From the human T2T-CHM13v2.0 reference genome, Homo sapiens, in the NCBI RefSeq assembly GCF_009914755.1, contig NC_060940.1: DNA of 64,000 bases; one strand, 5' to 3'. The notes beneath the pieces are model-generated. The model did not search any database, was not told where the DNA came from, and worked only from the letters and a program-made list of their open reading frames with translations. Every line of letters starts with the position of its first letter. Positions within the stretch are counted from its first letter, which is position 1. Position numbers and translations under genes: made by a program. Below are positions 21,052-42,406 of this stretch, in pieces.

Positions 21052-21287
21052 TGACCTGCTCCCCAGCTTTATTGAGGATTTGTGACATTGATAACTGCTT
21101 TGTCATGATACTCTATTTTTTTGTTTTTGGAGCTTAGGGTCTCGCTCCATTGCCCAAGCTGGAGTGTGGTGGCGTGATCATGACTCACCGTAGCCTTGAC
21201 CTCTGAGGCTCAAGCGATCCTCCCACCTCACTGCCCCAAGTAGTTGGGACTACAGCTGCATGCCACCATGCCTGAATAATTTTTTAA

Positions 21288-21425
<138 letters not shown>

Positions 21426-21456
21426 TGATGAAAAACTTTCAGTTGGCTCCCATTAG

Positions 21457-21600
<144 letters not shown>

Positions 21601-22608
21601 TAGCAGGGATTACAGGCAGGCGCCACCACACCCAGCTAATTTTTGTATTTTTAGTAGACACGGGGTACACCATGTCGGCCAGGCTGGTCTCAAACTCCTG
21701 ACCTCAGGTGATCTACCCGCCTTGGCCTCCCAAAGTGCTGGAATTACAGGCGTGAGCCACCGCGCCCGGTGGTATTTATAACTCTCATGAATCCAGCAGT
21801 GCAATATTTACATTATCACTCATTGCTCCATTTCCTGAAATCTTTCTGCCTGAAGAACATATGCATTTCCTTGACTCTAGACTTTGCTCAAGCTATGCTT
21901 TCCAATGACCCCTGCTCCCCCAACTCCCTGCCACCCATTACAGAAGAGTTCCCATCCCTGTTACTGACGAATTCCCATCCATTTCTTAGGGCCTAGTTAT
22001 ATCCCACCCCCTCCAAGCTGCATGAACTCACTTGAGACTACAGCAGTCCACAGTCATCTCCTCTCCTTTAATTTTGTCCATATACCTCATTTGGTATGCA
22101 ATATACTACTGGCAATACTGTATCATGTATTCACTCAACAAATACAGAATTCTATGGGCCAGATACTGTGTATAAAAAACTGAAGAAGGAAAATTAAATT
22201 TTTATGTGCATATGCAAAGTTTTCCTCCTATCAGGGACACCAGATGGGTGTCCTACAGAGTTTCATACATGGTCTGTATTTAGTAATTGTTCTTTCCTCA
22301 AATCCCAAATCACTTTGACCTTATGTGAATTGTAAAAAGGATTGTACTGAAATTGTAGGCTTTGATGGTAAAGGCATCTTATTTACCTACTAGATTATAG
22401 GGGCCCTGGGACCAGGATTCATATCTGATTCATCTCTGCATCTCTCACAGAGAATGGGACATAAGTAGAGACCCAGATACCTACTGAATGTTTGGAAGAT
22501 ATTAAATGAAATGTCTCAGTGAATATGGACAGCAAGACTTCCTTACACACTGGCCCCTCAGTGTTTAAGAATGTTTTAACGTGTTTCTTTGATATGACTT
22601 CATTGTAA

Positions 22609-22825
<217 letters not shown>

Positions 22826-23410
22826 TAGCCAGGATGGACTCCATCTCCTGACCTCATCGTGATCTGCCCACCTCGGACTCCCAAAGTGCTGGGATTACAG
22901 GCGTGAGCCACCGTGCCCGGCCAAGCTTAAGAAATATTTAGACCTTCAGCATAGTTTCCAAAAAAAGCCACTTGACACTTGAGTATAACATGAATCACTT
23001 GAGACATCTAACAAATCAGGAGTTAAATAAGAACAAATACTACATGTAAGTATAAAATTATACAGAGCCCAAAAGATAAGTAACAGCTTTTGACAGACAA
23101 TATGATTAATACACCTTTGAGTAACTACCCTAAACATGGAGCTAAGGCAGGCACCAAGAATAGATATGAGACATGGTACCTGTCTTCAAAAACGAGAGAG
23201 GATAAATAACACAAAGCAGCAAATACTAAATTAAAAATCAAGGCAGGCCAGGTGCGGCAGCTTATGTCTACAATCCCAGCACTTTGGGAGGCTGAGGCGG
23301 GAGGATCACTTGCATTGAGGAGTTCACGACCAGTCTAGGCAACATGGGAAGACCCTGTCTCTACAAAAAAAAATTAAAAAAAAAAAAATTTTTTTTTTTT
23401 TAATTAGTCA

Positions 23411-23677
<267 letters not shown>

Positions 23678-25108
23678 TTAGAAGCCAAGTATAGAAATCC
23701 CTCCCCAACTTCCCAGCACTCTAGAAGGCCGAGGTGGGAGGGTTGCTTAAGTCCAAAAGTTCAAGACCAGCCTGGAAAAAATAGCAAGACCCTGCCTCTA
23801 CAAAGAAAAAGAAAAAGAAAAATTAGCCAGGCATGGTGGTGTACATCTGTGGTCTCGGCACTTTGGGAGGCTGAAGTGGGAGGATTGCTTGTGCCAAGGA
23901 GTTCAAGACCAGCCTGAGTAACATACCAAGTTCTCATCTCTACAAAAAATTTAAAAATTAGCAGGGCATGATGCTGTGTGCCTGCAGTCCCAGCTACTCA
24001 GGAGGCTGAGGTGGGAGGATTCCTTGAGCCCAGAAGTTTGAGGTTGCAGTGAGCTACCTCAAAATGCAGTGAGTCATGCCCATGCACTCCAGCCTGGGTA
24101 CTGAGTGAGACTCTGTTTCAGAAAGAAATCCCTTCCCAATCTCAAATTCCTTTGTGACCTCTTATATACGAAATGCCAAAGGACTACTTATAGAAAAAGG
24201 GTACAACTGAGAGATGGGAAGGAAAAAGGGAGGAAAGGAGGACGGCAGAGCTGGAGAGGACATTTTTGTACTAGAGCACCGGGGAAATAAAAGCTGAAGG
24301 AAAGCAAACATGGGCCCCTGTAAAGGTTTTCTTTTGAGGGATGAGGGTAGAGTTGAAGAAAGAGTATTTACAATGTAGTCGAATAAAAAATGACCTGCGT
24401 TTGAGCCCAGGCATTCGAGGTTGCAGTGAGCTATGGTCATGCCAGTGCACTCTAGTTTGGGTGACAGAGTAAGACATAGTCTAAAAAAATTTAAAAAAAA
24501 AATATCAAGTTTGAATATTGATTAATGGCAAGGAGATGAACTACTAGATTATTTTAACAGTTCAGGAGACAGATAATGAAGGTGTGGACTATGGAAATAG
24601 CACAAAGAATAGAAAAGACAACTTCTGGAAGAGCACCATCCTCAAATAACACCCCTCGGCAGAAACCCTGGTGAAAGTGCTCCAAGTGGCCAAGCGCTAC
24701 CCTAGACAACAGGACATCTGAAAGCAGGGTCTTCTGGCAGATCAGAACATAGTCAAATTTCAGAGGCTTTCTGGTGGGAAGGGCACAACGTTTCTCTCAA
24801 GGGCCATACTTTTCTAGTTTATTCCTAGAAGGTTAGGGTTGTAAGTCACCATAGTGTTTAAAAAAAAGAAAACAAAAAAAGGTTAGGGTTGGATGGTACA
24901 TAAGAGCTAGGGTAGTGGTCACACTAATATAACTTCCTCTTACCAAGACCCACTCTGGCCCTAAGGAAACAGTTAATAGACAAGGCTTCTGAGAAAAGAA
25001 AAAACATCAATCTATTTTCCTAATACAAATTAAACTTGCAAGTAAGTGCCTGTGGCTGGGTATGGTTCTCCCTATAGTCAGAAAAGAGATGGCTGGGGAC
25101 TCCTGTGA

Positions 25109-25330
<222 letters not shown>

Positions 25331-25563
25331 TAGTAGAGATGGGGTATCTTTAGTAGAGACGCCACACTTATTTTTTGTATACTGAGTAACTTTGGACTGT
25401 ATCCTAGTTACAGTGATATTAATATGTTGCAAAAACTTTGTATTCTGTTAGGTTCCTCTGACAAACACTGATGTTTTTTCTTTTTAAAAATATTTTTTAA
25501 AAAGGAATTTTAACATTTACTGAATACCTCCTATGTGCCAGACAATATGGTAAGTACTTTTAA

Positions 25564-25824
<261 letters not shown>

Positions 25825-26815
25825 TGATCTGCCTGCCTTGGCCTCCCAAAGTGCTGGGATTATAGGCATGAGCCACCCGTGCCCGGCCCTGATTTTTTTG
25901 GTTGTAAGTTTGTCTGTCCTAGTAAACAGTTAACTTGGCTGAACTTGAACTCCAAATGCCGAAACTGAAATTCGTTCTTTCAGTCTTACCTGAGCTGCTT
26001 TCAGTCTTACCAGACTCCAAGCAGTCTGACCTATGAATATGCAGTTTAAAGGGTCAATCAAATATTTAGGTAAACATTATAGCTAGAATTTAGGGTTCTT
26101 TTTTTTATTTTTTGCTCTCTCCTTTTTAGGACTTTTCCCCTCCCTTTCTAGCAGCTGCGATCACCCTGAACTCTGTCCTTTGGTTCTCTAAGCCAGTGGG
26201 ACAGAAGATCTTCTATTAGGCTTCCAGTCACCCAGTGAGCAGAGTGGGCCTTGCCCCCTAGCTTAAAGCCATAATAGGAATGTTGCCTAGTGCCATTCCC
26301 TTCACCTAAAGGGAGAAACCCCTCCAGTATGTTTCTTCTTTTTCTTGTTCTCTGGTGCCTTTAGAAAGTTGTTTTTTGTATTTTTTCCAGAGTGTATACT
26401 TATTCGAAGGTAGACAGTTGGTCTGACAGAAACTACTCAACCACTAACCAAAAGCAGAAAGAAGTGTACATCTTTGAAAACAGAATTCCATTTAGTTTTA
26501 AATAGTCTACTCAGACTGATCTTTTTTGGTTATGTCTCAATTAATATGATGTTGTTGGTAAGTCAAGTATATAGTATCTGACAAAAAAACCACAATCAGG
26601 CCGGGCGCAGTGGCTCATGCCTGTAATCCCAGCAATTTGGGAGGCCAAGGCGGGCAGTTCACTTGAGGCCAGGAGTTCAAGACCAACCTAGCCAACATGG
26701 CAAAATCCCTTCTCTACTAAAAAATACAAAAATTAGCCAGGCACGGTGGCTCACTCCTGTAATCCCTGCATTTTGGGAGTCTGAGGCAGGTGGATCACTT
26801 GAGGCCAGGAGTTCA

Positions 26816-27091
<276 letters not shown>

Positions 27092-27168
27092 TCACAACAA
27101 CCCTGTAAAATTAGAGGTATATCCTCATACTACAGATGAGGGAACTGAGGACCTAGAGGGAAAGCTTA

Positions 27169-27468
<300 letters not shown>

Positions 27469-27597
27469 CTAGATATGCTGCAAGCACCTCGAATTCATTA
27501 TATTCAAAATTAAACTTGTTAACTTTTTCTATAAACCTTTTGTTTCTTTCTGCATTCCTATCTCAATGAATTGCATCACCATCTAATGTCCAAGTTT

Positions 27598-27698
27598 CAG
27601 GGTTGGTCACCACTCAAGTGACCACCTAGACTGGGGGGAAGGAGACAAGGATAATACCCACATTTCGAGCTTGGTCACCACTCAAGTGACCAACCCTA
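27598..27698. mobile_element. 101-bp hAT-like MITE inserted in an L2-like remnant in PALB2 intron 9
   Basis: 12-bp terminal inverted repeats AGGGTTGGTCAC/GTGACCAACCCT; degenerate 8-bp TSD CCAAGTTT/CCATGTTG (6/8), the hAT hallmark length. Confidence 0.65.
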
Positions 27699-28775
27699 CC
27701 ATGTTGATATTCTCTCCTTCCTCTCAATCTAGTCAATCACCAAGTCCCAGTAATTTTATCTTCTCATCTCTCAGAAATCTGTCTGCTTCTTCCCATCTCC
27801 ACTAACATACCCCTAATTTAAGCAAACAATTATCATCTCTTGCCTAGATTACTGCAACAGATCATGAATAAATAAGCCAAAGTTCCCTGCCCTCCATTTT
27901 TAGAAGATACATGAATAATAACAATGAAATGTAATTGAAAAATAAAAATAAAGTGTAATGAGTATATAATAGAGAAGATGCTGTAAGTTCAGTTTGCAAC
28001 ATTTTGAATTTAAGGTGTCCCCAATACGTCTAATAAATAGGCCTGCAGGTCTAGAGCTCAAGAAAGAGCTCAGAGGTAGAAATGTATGTTTGCAAGTAGT
28101 CAGCACCAAGATGGTCAGTGAAGCAATGGACACAAGTGTGTGGAACGAGGAAAGGGTCTAGGACCTTAAGGTATTTCTATATTTTTAAAAATATTTGTGT
28201 GTGTGTGTGTGTGTGTGTTTAAGATTAGGTCTCGCTCTGCTGCCCAAGATGGAGTGTGGTGGCGTGATCACAGCTCACTGCACCCTTGAACTCCTGAGCT
28301 CAAGTGATCCTTCCACCTCAGACTCCCTAGTAGCTGGGACCACAAGGCATGCTCTGCCACACCCAGCTAATTTTTAAATTTTTTGTAAAGATGGGGCCCT
28401 GCTATGTGGCCCCAACTGGTCTTGAACTCCTGGGCTCAAACTTCTGCCTTGGCCTCCCAAAGGGCTGGGATTATGGGCATGAGCCACTGTGCCCAGCAGA
28501 GGTATTTCTAACATTTAAGGGACACACAGATTTCAAGAAGACTGAAGAACAAACTACATTTGCTGAGCCTCTCACCTTCTTTGACTTCATCCCTGACATG
28601 TCTGGCTTCCACCTCACTAACCTGCTTCTATGTCATAACCTAGTGTTGATGCGGTACATGCTTATATTACACCCCCAGCACAGAAAAACGAGATCCTAGT
28701 TACCCAACTTTCTCTGAAACCTGTGATAAAATCATTCTTCATCTAATAGTTAAAAATCAATCAATGCTTTTCTTA

Positions 28776-29147
<372 letters not shown>

Positions 29148-29306
29148 TTATAGGTGCGCACCACCACACCTGGCTAATTTTTCTGTATTTTTGTAGAGAC
29201 GGGGTTTCACCATGTTGGTCAGGCTGGTCTCGAACTCCTGACCTCGTGATCCACCTGCCTCGGCCTCCCAAAGTGCTGGGATTACAGGTGTGAGCCACCA
29301 TACCCG

Positions 29307-29337
<31 letters not shown>

Positions 29338-29339
29338 GA

Positions 29340-29639
<300 letters not shown>

Positions 29640-29797
29640 TAAATAGAAACTTCAGTCAGGGATGTCATTCTATTGATTTTTTTTTAAACAAATCTCTCTC
29701 TCTTTAGATCTTTCAGATTCTTTCAAGACTCAAGCCTAGGTTATTACCTGCACTTAAAACCAGCTGACAGAGACAAAGATGAAGGAAAAACAAATCA

Positions 29798-29902
<105 letters not shown>

Positions 29903-30340
29903 CTAAATAAAACAAAGCAGCCAAAAATTATGCTTGGTTGTTTCATTTTTGTTTAATCCAGATTTTCCAAAATTTATCACATTCTTTTGTATTCTCACTG
30001 TACAAGGATAATTTTCATCATTTGAAGGCTCAGAAAACTCTTTTTATTAGCTGTAAATCTAAATAAACTATATGCATAATAGCATAATAGTGCTTACTGA
30101 GCATTTACCTAATGCAAGGTATAATTCTAACAATAGGGGAATAATTGGGTATATTTTGGCATGTGAATGTAAAGAATATTTATGCAGCCATTTAAAAGTA
30201 TATCTATGTTCACTGAACAAATATTTATTGGGCACCTCTGTGTAAAGCACAGTGTTAGATGTTGTATATATTTGGAGAGCAAGAATGAGGTATATTCAAG
30301 TATGAAGACTCTACAGGAACAAGGAAATTTTTTTTTTTGA

Positions 30341-30640
<300 letters not shown>

Positions 30641-30921
30641 TGAGAAAAGACAGATCTAAAAATTTTAAGCACACTAAGATTGCAAGCTTGTAAGATGTAT
30701 ATGATGGTGGGAAAAGACCAGAAGGAAATACATGTAGAAAAGAAGCAAAATAATGCCTTGGTGAAGGGCAAGGAGTACAAATATCAGCAAGTGTCAAAGT
30801 CAGAATAGACATAAAATTCTAAGCTCCTCCAACAGGTCTAGTGTAAAAACCCGTCTCTAGGCTGGGTGTAGAGCTCATGCCTGTAACCCCAGCACTTTGG
30901 GAAGCCGAGGCGAGTGGATCA

Positions 30922-31206
<285 letters not shown>

Positions 31207-32043
31207 TCACACCTGTAATCCCCAGCACTCTGGGAGGCTGAGGCAGGCGGATGGCTTAAGCCCAGGAGTTCAAGACCAGCCCAGGCGACATGGCAAAACC
31301 CTGTCTGCATAAAAAATATAGGCCAGGTGTGGTAGCTCACACCTGTAATCCCAGCACTTTGCGAGGCTGAGGCAGGCGGATTGCCTGAGGTCAGGAGTTC
31401 AAGAACAGCCTGGGCAACATGGCAAAATCCCGTCTCTACTAAAAATACAAAAAAATTAGCCAGGCATGGTGGTGGGCACCTGTAATCCCAGCTACTCAGG
31501 AGGCTGAGGCACAAGAATCCCTTGAACCTGGGCGGCAGAGGTTGACAGTGAGCCGAGATCATGCCACTGCACTCCAGCCTGGGTGACAGAGCAGGACTCC
31601 ATCTCAATAAAAAGAAGAAGAAAAAAATACAATAAAAAATTAGCCAGACATGGTGGTGCATGCCTGTGGTCCCAGCTACTTGGGAGGGTGAGGTGAGAGG
31701 ATTACTGAGCCTGGGGAGGTTGAAACTGCAGTGAGCCGTGATCATGCCACTGCACTCCAGCCTGCATGACAGAGTGAGACCCTGTCTCAAACAAACAAAC
31801 AAAAATTTGTGATAAAGCGAACAAAGCAGGATGTTAATGGTAGAGTCTAGAATGGTGGGTATATGGGTGCTCACTATACAACTTTTCTGGATGTTTGAAA
31901 CTTTTCATAATAAAATGTTGGGAAAAAAACCTCATCTCTGTTCTGCCTTGCATGGTCATAGCTCCCAATTTTGGTAAGCTGCCCATCTACATTATCAGGC
32001 AAATGGCTGCAAAGATCTCTTTCAGCTCGAGATTCCCACTTAC

Positions 32044-32205
32044 CTCTGCGAAGTGCCAGGTATAAAGTTTTTCCCACTGCCAAGCATCCAGAGCTTTCCA
32101 AAGAGAAACTACATCTTCGCAAGCAGTTATGATACATGGCTCTTTACAACCGGCTCTTTCCCAAAACATGGCACTCACATCTACGGAACAGGAACCTGAA
32201 GGATT
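32044..32205 (-). CDS. PALB2: PALB2 exon 7 (WD40)
   Basis: 162 nt; CAG|AATCCT acceptor; [54 protein letters not shown]; donor GAG|GTAAGT. Confidence 0.96.
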
Positions 32206-32397
32206 CTGACACAATGGCAACAGTTCTGTTAAAGTGGCACTCGAGTGCTGTTTTATGCAAAGCATAAGTATGCAAAGTGATGAATTATAATTCAATGAAA
32301 CAGTAGGTATGTAAAATTTAAGTCTTATGCAGGTGAAAAGAAAGAGCTTTGTGGTTCTTATGTACCTAAAAAAATGCCTATCAAACTTACATCATGA

Positions 32398-32795
<398 letters not shown>

Positions 32796-33013
32796 TAGAA
32801 CTTATCCATTTGAAAATTAAACATCCTGATGAACCACTCATGGGCTGAAACCACAGGTTTCAATGTTATTCCTCGGAGGGAGTAACATTGAAACAACATA
32901 CATTATACTATCTACTATTATGACCATGGGAGCACTATGTATCAAACCACAGAGCGTGGCCAAAGCAGTATTTCCAAGAAAATTTGGAAATTTCCAAGAA
33001 AAATCATAATCAC

Positions 33014-33317
<304 letters not shown>

Positions 33318-33730
33318 AAGAAAAATCATAATCACAAAGGCATTTTTAAGAAAACAAGAAAGATTAAAATCAAGTAAGCATGCAGCTCAGGAAGTCAGTA
33401 CAAGAACAAAATAAGAACAATAAAAAAAAGTAGGAAGGAATGATTTACAGTTATCCTGTTTATTATAAAAACAGAAATAAATGAACTAGAAAACCAAACA
33501 ACAACAACAAAAAAACACAACCCAATTAATAATCAATACAACCAAAAACTAGTTTGTTTGGAAGACCCACGTAATGGCCAACTCTCGAGTCTAATGTAGA
33601 AAAACAATAATTTAGAAATGGGAGAATGGGGAAGAGAGGCTTAATTACATATACACAGATTTTAATAATCTATAAGAAGTAACTTTTTACCTACACATTT
33701 GAAAATATGAATGAAATAGTTGATTCTTTA

Positions 33731-34036
<306 letters not shown>

Positions 34037-34819
34037 TCAAAAAATAAAATAAGTTATTAAAATTGACTCAAGAATAAATTCCGAAACAGAGCATAGGTAT
34101 TACTATGCATCCTTTATAGAAAAGGAATCTGGGGCTCAGAGGTTACACAATTTGTCCAAGGTGACATAGCCAGTAACTGGGAAAAACTTTATGTGGATTT
34201 GAAGTGTTTTCCTTCACACCAGTGATTCTCTGGGAGAGCTTCTGCACCCCCATCTTCAACCCTACACCTAGGACATTTAGTAATGCAACATTTTCAGTTA
34301 CCACACTGCACAGAAAAGATTAACCACTAGAACTGCTCCCCATTTTCTTATAAATCACCATAAGTGATTCTTCCAGAAACATTACACCATTTGAGTAGGA
34401 GAGGCATGAATAACTCTCATTTCACTCCGTCAAAATGCCTGTTAGATTTATTTTATTTTATTTTTGAGACAGAGTCTCACTCGCCCAGGCTGGAGTGCAG
34501 TGGTAAGATCTTGGCTCACTGCAACGTCTGTCTCCCAGTTCAAGTATTCTCTTCCCTCAGCCTCCCTAGCAGCTGGGATTATAGGCGCCCACCACCACGC
34601 CCGGCTAATTTTTGTATTTTTAGTAGAGATGGGGTTTCATCATGTTGGCCAGGCTGGCCTCAAACATCTGACCTCAAGTGATCAGCCCGCTTCAGCCTCC
34701 CAAAGTGCTGAGATTATAGGGGTGAGCCACCGTGCCCAGCTCCCTAACTTAGATTTAGACATGAAGTTCAGTTACTTAGCCTAAGTTGTTCTTGCCAATA
34801 GGTTGGCATAGAAACTTTA

Positions 34820-35098
<279 letters not shown>

Positions 35099-35216
35099 TC
35101 ACATCATTAGTCTACACTTTATGTATAATGTCTGCCTGCATTACCCACTCATCAAAATGTCTACTTCGTATTGTCTTTATTTCCTCTTATAACAGCAGCA
35201 AAGCTCCAAATGCAAA

Positions 35217-35354
35217 CTGTTTCACTGATAACAAAGAGAATAGGACCTCCCATATTTAAAAGAAACATTTTAATGAACCTTAATTTCCCCAGAATGAACT
35301 TAATGATTACAATGAAATCATATCAAAGAAACACGTCAAACCATTCTTAAACGT
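35217..35354. repeat. 138-bp direct repeat, copy A (PALB2 intron 5); partner at 36333-36470
   Basis: Manual alignment: 10 mismatches in 138 bp, no gaps, 52-bp perfect core. Confidence 0.92.
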
Positions 35355-35408
35355 GGAAGGCCCAATGCGCAAGCAAGTCATGCTGTTTACATTCACTAAG
35401 GCATTTCA

Positions 35409-36470
<1,062 letters not shown>

Positions 36471-36870
36471 AATACCCAACAAAGAGTGAGCTTCTAAACT
36501 CAAATATACTAAAAAATGTTCATTACTTTTCCCATCCATGACTCAGAAACTTGGGCGAAGGGTTCAAACAACGGTCATGAGTTAGTTGATTAATTAGCAG
36601 CTATTTTTCTGCACTACCCAAAACAGTGTATTGCTAGCCAGGTATGGTAGCTCACAGCTGTAATCCTAGTACTTTCAGAGGTCAAGGTAAGAGAATTGCT
36701 TGAGCCCAGGAGTTCCAGACCAGCCTGGGCAACACAGTGAGACTGTCTTTAAAAACAATAAATAAATAAATAAAAATTAAAAAAAATAAGGCCAGGCATG
36801 GTGCCTCACACTTGTAGTCTCAGCACTTTCAGAGGCTGAGGCAGGCGGATCACTTGAGGTCAGGAGTTCA

Positions 36871-37119
<249 letters not shown>

Positions 37120-37170
37120 TAAAAAAATTAGCTGGGCATGGTGGTGCGTGCCTGTGATCTCAGCTACTCA

Positions 37171-37431
<261 letters not shown>

Positions 37432-37619
37432 TCAACCACTGATTTGCAGTGAAACCTTAGGCAAATCGATTTATTTCATTTTCCCTTTTCTCATTGTCTC
37501 TCATAAGGGAAATGAACTAAAAATACCTACATTCTTTCCTACCTCTAAAACTGTGATTTCAACAGGCTGCCAGAGTATGTTCTACAAAATGCTGGCTCTT
37601 CTCACTATGGAAAACTTAG

Positions 37620-37778
<159 letters not shown>

Positions 37779-37844
37779 TGAGTAGCAATTTACCGCTCTT
37801 ATTGCAAATGGTATCCCACATCATTCAAAATGTTGCTATATCCT

Positions 37845-38545
<701 letters not shown>

Positions 38546-38795
38546 TGTCACCTTGAGAAAAAAAGTTTTTAAATGTAGCTGCAGTTTACTACAATTATAG
38601 CAGACTATTTCAAACTACTGGCTGGGCCTGGTGGCTCACGCCTGTAATCCCAGCACTTTGGGAGGCCGAGGTGGGTAGATCACCTGAGGTCAGGAGATAG
38701 AGACCAGCCTGGCCAACATGGCAAAAACCCATCTCTACTGAAAATATAAAAATTAGCTGGGTGTGGTGGTGGGCACCTGTAATCTCAGCTACTCA

Positions 38796-38918
<123 letters not shown>

Positions 38919-39039
38919 CTACTGTGTAAAAAACAGTATTTCTAGATTACTGGATTGCCTACTTTTTGATGACTTTGTATCCTTGTTCGCTTAAAAGATG
39001 ATGAAAAGTCACAATTATTATTTTTGGATTAATTAGTCA

Positions 39040-39282
39040 CAGCTTATAGACCAAGTCCATGTCCAATGGTACAGAGCAGCCTGCTACCTATTTTTGCACA
39101 TAAAGTTGTTTTTTTGTTTTAGGAACTTGGCTGTAAAGTGCATATAAAGGTGCGTTGGAACACAGTCACAGTTACAAGTTGACTGGCTGCTCTGGCACAT
39201 AGCTGAGTAGTTGAGACAGACAGAACACAAAGACTAAAATCTGTGCTATCTGGCCCATTCTAGAAAGTATGCTGATCCCTAG
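39040..39282 (+). mobile_element. MER58A-like hAT-Charlie remnant
   Basis: ATAAAGTT...GGAACACAG...CTATCTGGCCC...AGAAAGTATGCTGATCCCT motifs. Confidence 0.5.
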
Positions 39283-39515
39283 TTTAGAGCCACAATGAAT
39301 TACCCAGATTTTGTGCTTAGTTCATCAGATATGATTAAATTCTCAGTAAATGAATTGAAAGTTTAAATTACAATGTATCGTTGCTGCCCATCCTCCAAAA
39401 TTCTGTGTCCCTTGGAGGCCTTAGAGACACTGCATTAGATATTTTATCCAAAAAAGTTGCTTAGGCCTTTTCATTACATGATGACTTCTAAAAGAGATAG
39501 TCAGTGGAGTCTTAG

Positions 39516-39698
<183 letters not shown>

Positions 39699-40448
39699 TA
39701 GAGATGGGGTTTCATCATTTTACCCAAGCTGGTCTCAAACTCCTGGGCTCAAGCAATCCTCCCACCTTGGCCTCCCGAAGTGCTGGGATTACAGGGGTGA
39801 GCCACCAAGCCCAACATAGAGTCTTCCTCTAGTACACATTCCATTTTACTTCAAAAACACTTTCTATGTTAGCTGTGAAGCTTCTACCCAAAGAATTGTA
39901 TTGAACCTGAATATGTAATATTACGTAAACAACCAATACATTTTCCTTTTCAGTGTTGAATTGTTTCAGCTCTATTAGTGAACTCTGGCACCATACCGCC
40001 AGGTTTGAATCCTGGCTCTGTGATTTTAATTAAATTAAGTAAAGTTATTTTAATCTCCCTGTACTTTAGTTTCCTCACCTGTAAAGTGAGAATGAAAATA
40101 GATTCTACCTCACATAGGACTGCTGTGATGATTCAATGAGTTAGTATCTGTACAACATTTAGAAAGTGCCAGGCAAGCTGGACACAGTGGCTCACGTCTG
40201 TAATCCCAGCACTTTGAGAGGCTGTGGTGGGAGGATTGTTTGAGGCCAGGAGTTCAAGATCAGCCTGGGCAACAGGGCAGGACCTCACCTCTACAAAAAA
40301 TTTTAAAACATTAGCCAGGCATGGTGGTACATGCCAGTAGTCCCAGCTAGTTGGGAGGCTGAGGCAGGAGGAACATTTGAGCCCAGGAGATAGAGGCTGC
40401 ACCACGGCACTCCAGCCTGGACAACAGTGAGCCCCTGTCTCTTTATTT

Positions 40449-40488
<40 letters not shown>

Positions 40489-40629
40489 ATTTTTTTGAGC
40501 CAGGGTCTCACTCTGTTCCTCAGCCTCCCAAAGTGCTGGGATTACAGACGTAAGCCACCACACTTGGCCCTGTCACTTTTTAGAAAAGAAAGAAAAGGAA
40601 GTGCCAGGCAAATAGTAATTGTTAACTTT

Positions 40630-40652
40630 CATCATCATCATCATCATCATCA
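40630..40652. repeat. (CAT)7 trinucleotide repeat about 16-18 nt into PALB2 intron 4
   Basis: Read directly from sequence. Confidence 0.9.
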
Positions 40653-42179
<1,527 letters not shown>

Positions 42180-42284
42180 TTATAAAATAAAACAAAAAAT
42201 ACTCATTTTTAACCTATTATATATAAATACTACTAAACATTTATTTAAGAAAGAATCAGTGACATTTCATTCAGGCAGATGAAT

Positions 42285-42406
42285 TTACAGGTGAAATAAA
42301 CCTATTTTTTAGGCTGTGAGTAGTAAGGTCACTGTTACCTTTAGGAGGAATGTGTTCAAGGTGTTGACTACTTCTACTATCTGATGGAGTATGTAAAGGA
42401 ACTGTA
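42285..42406 (-). pseudogene. Diverged local duplicate of PALB2 exon 4 segment 41492-41616 (approx. c.738-862) lying in intron 3
   Basis: Manual alignment: 12 mismatches in 122 bp plus one 3-nt gap; 28-bp identical core TACCTTTAGGAGGAATGTGTTCAAGGTG; same orientation as the exon. Confidence 0.9.

Noticed and set aside
27603-27692. Repeat-spacer-repeat pattern resembling a minimal CRISPR array
   Set aside because: Only two repeats, human intronic context, and TIRs plus an 8-bp TSD explain it as a DNA-transposon MITE
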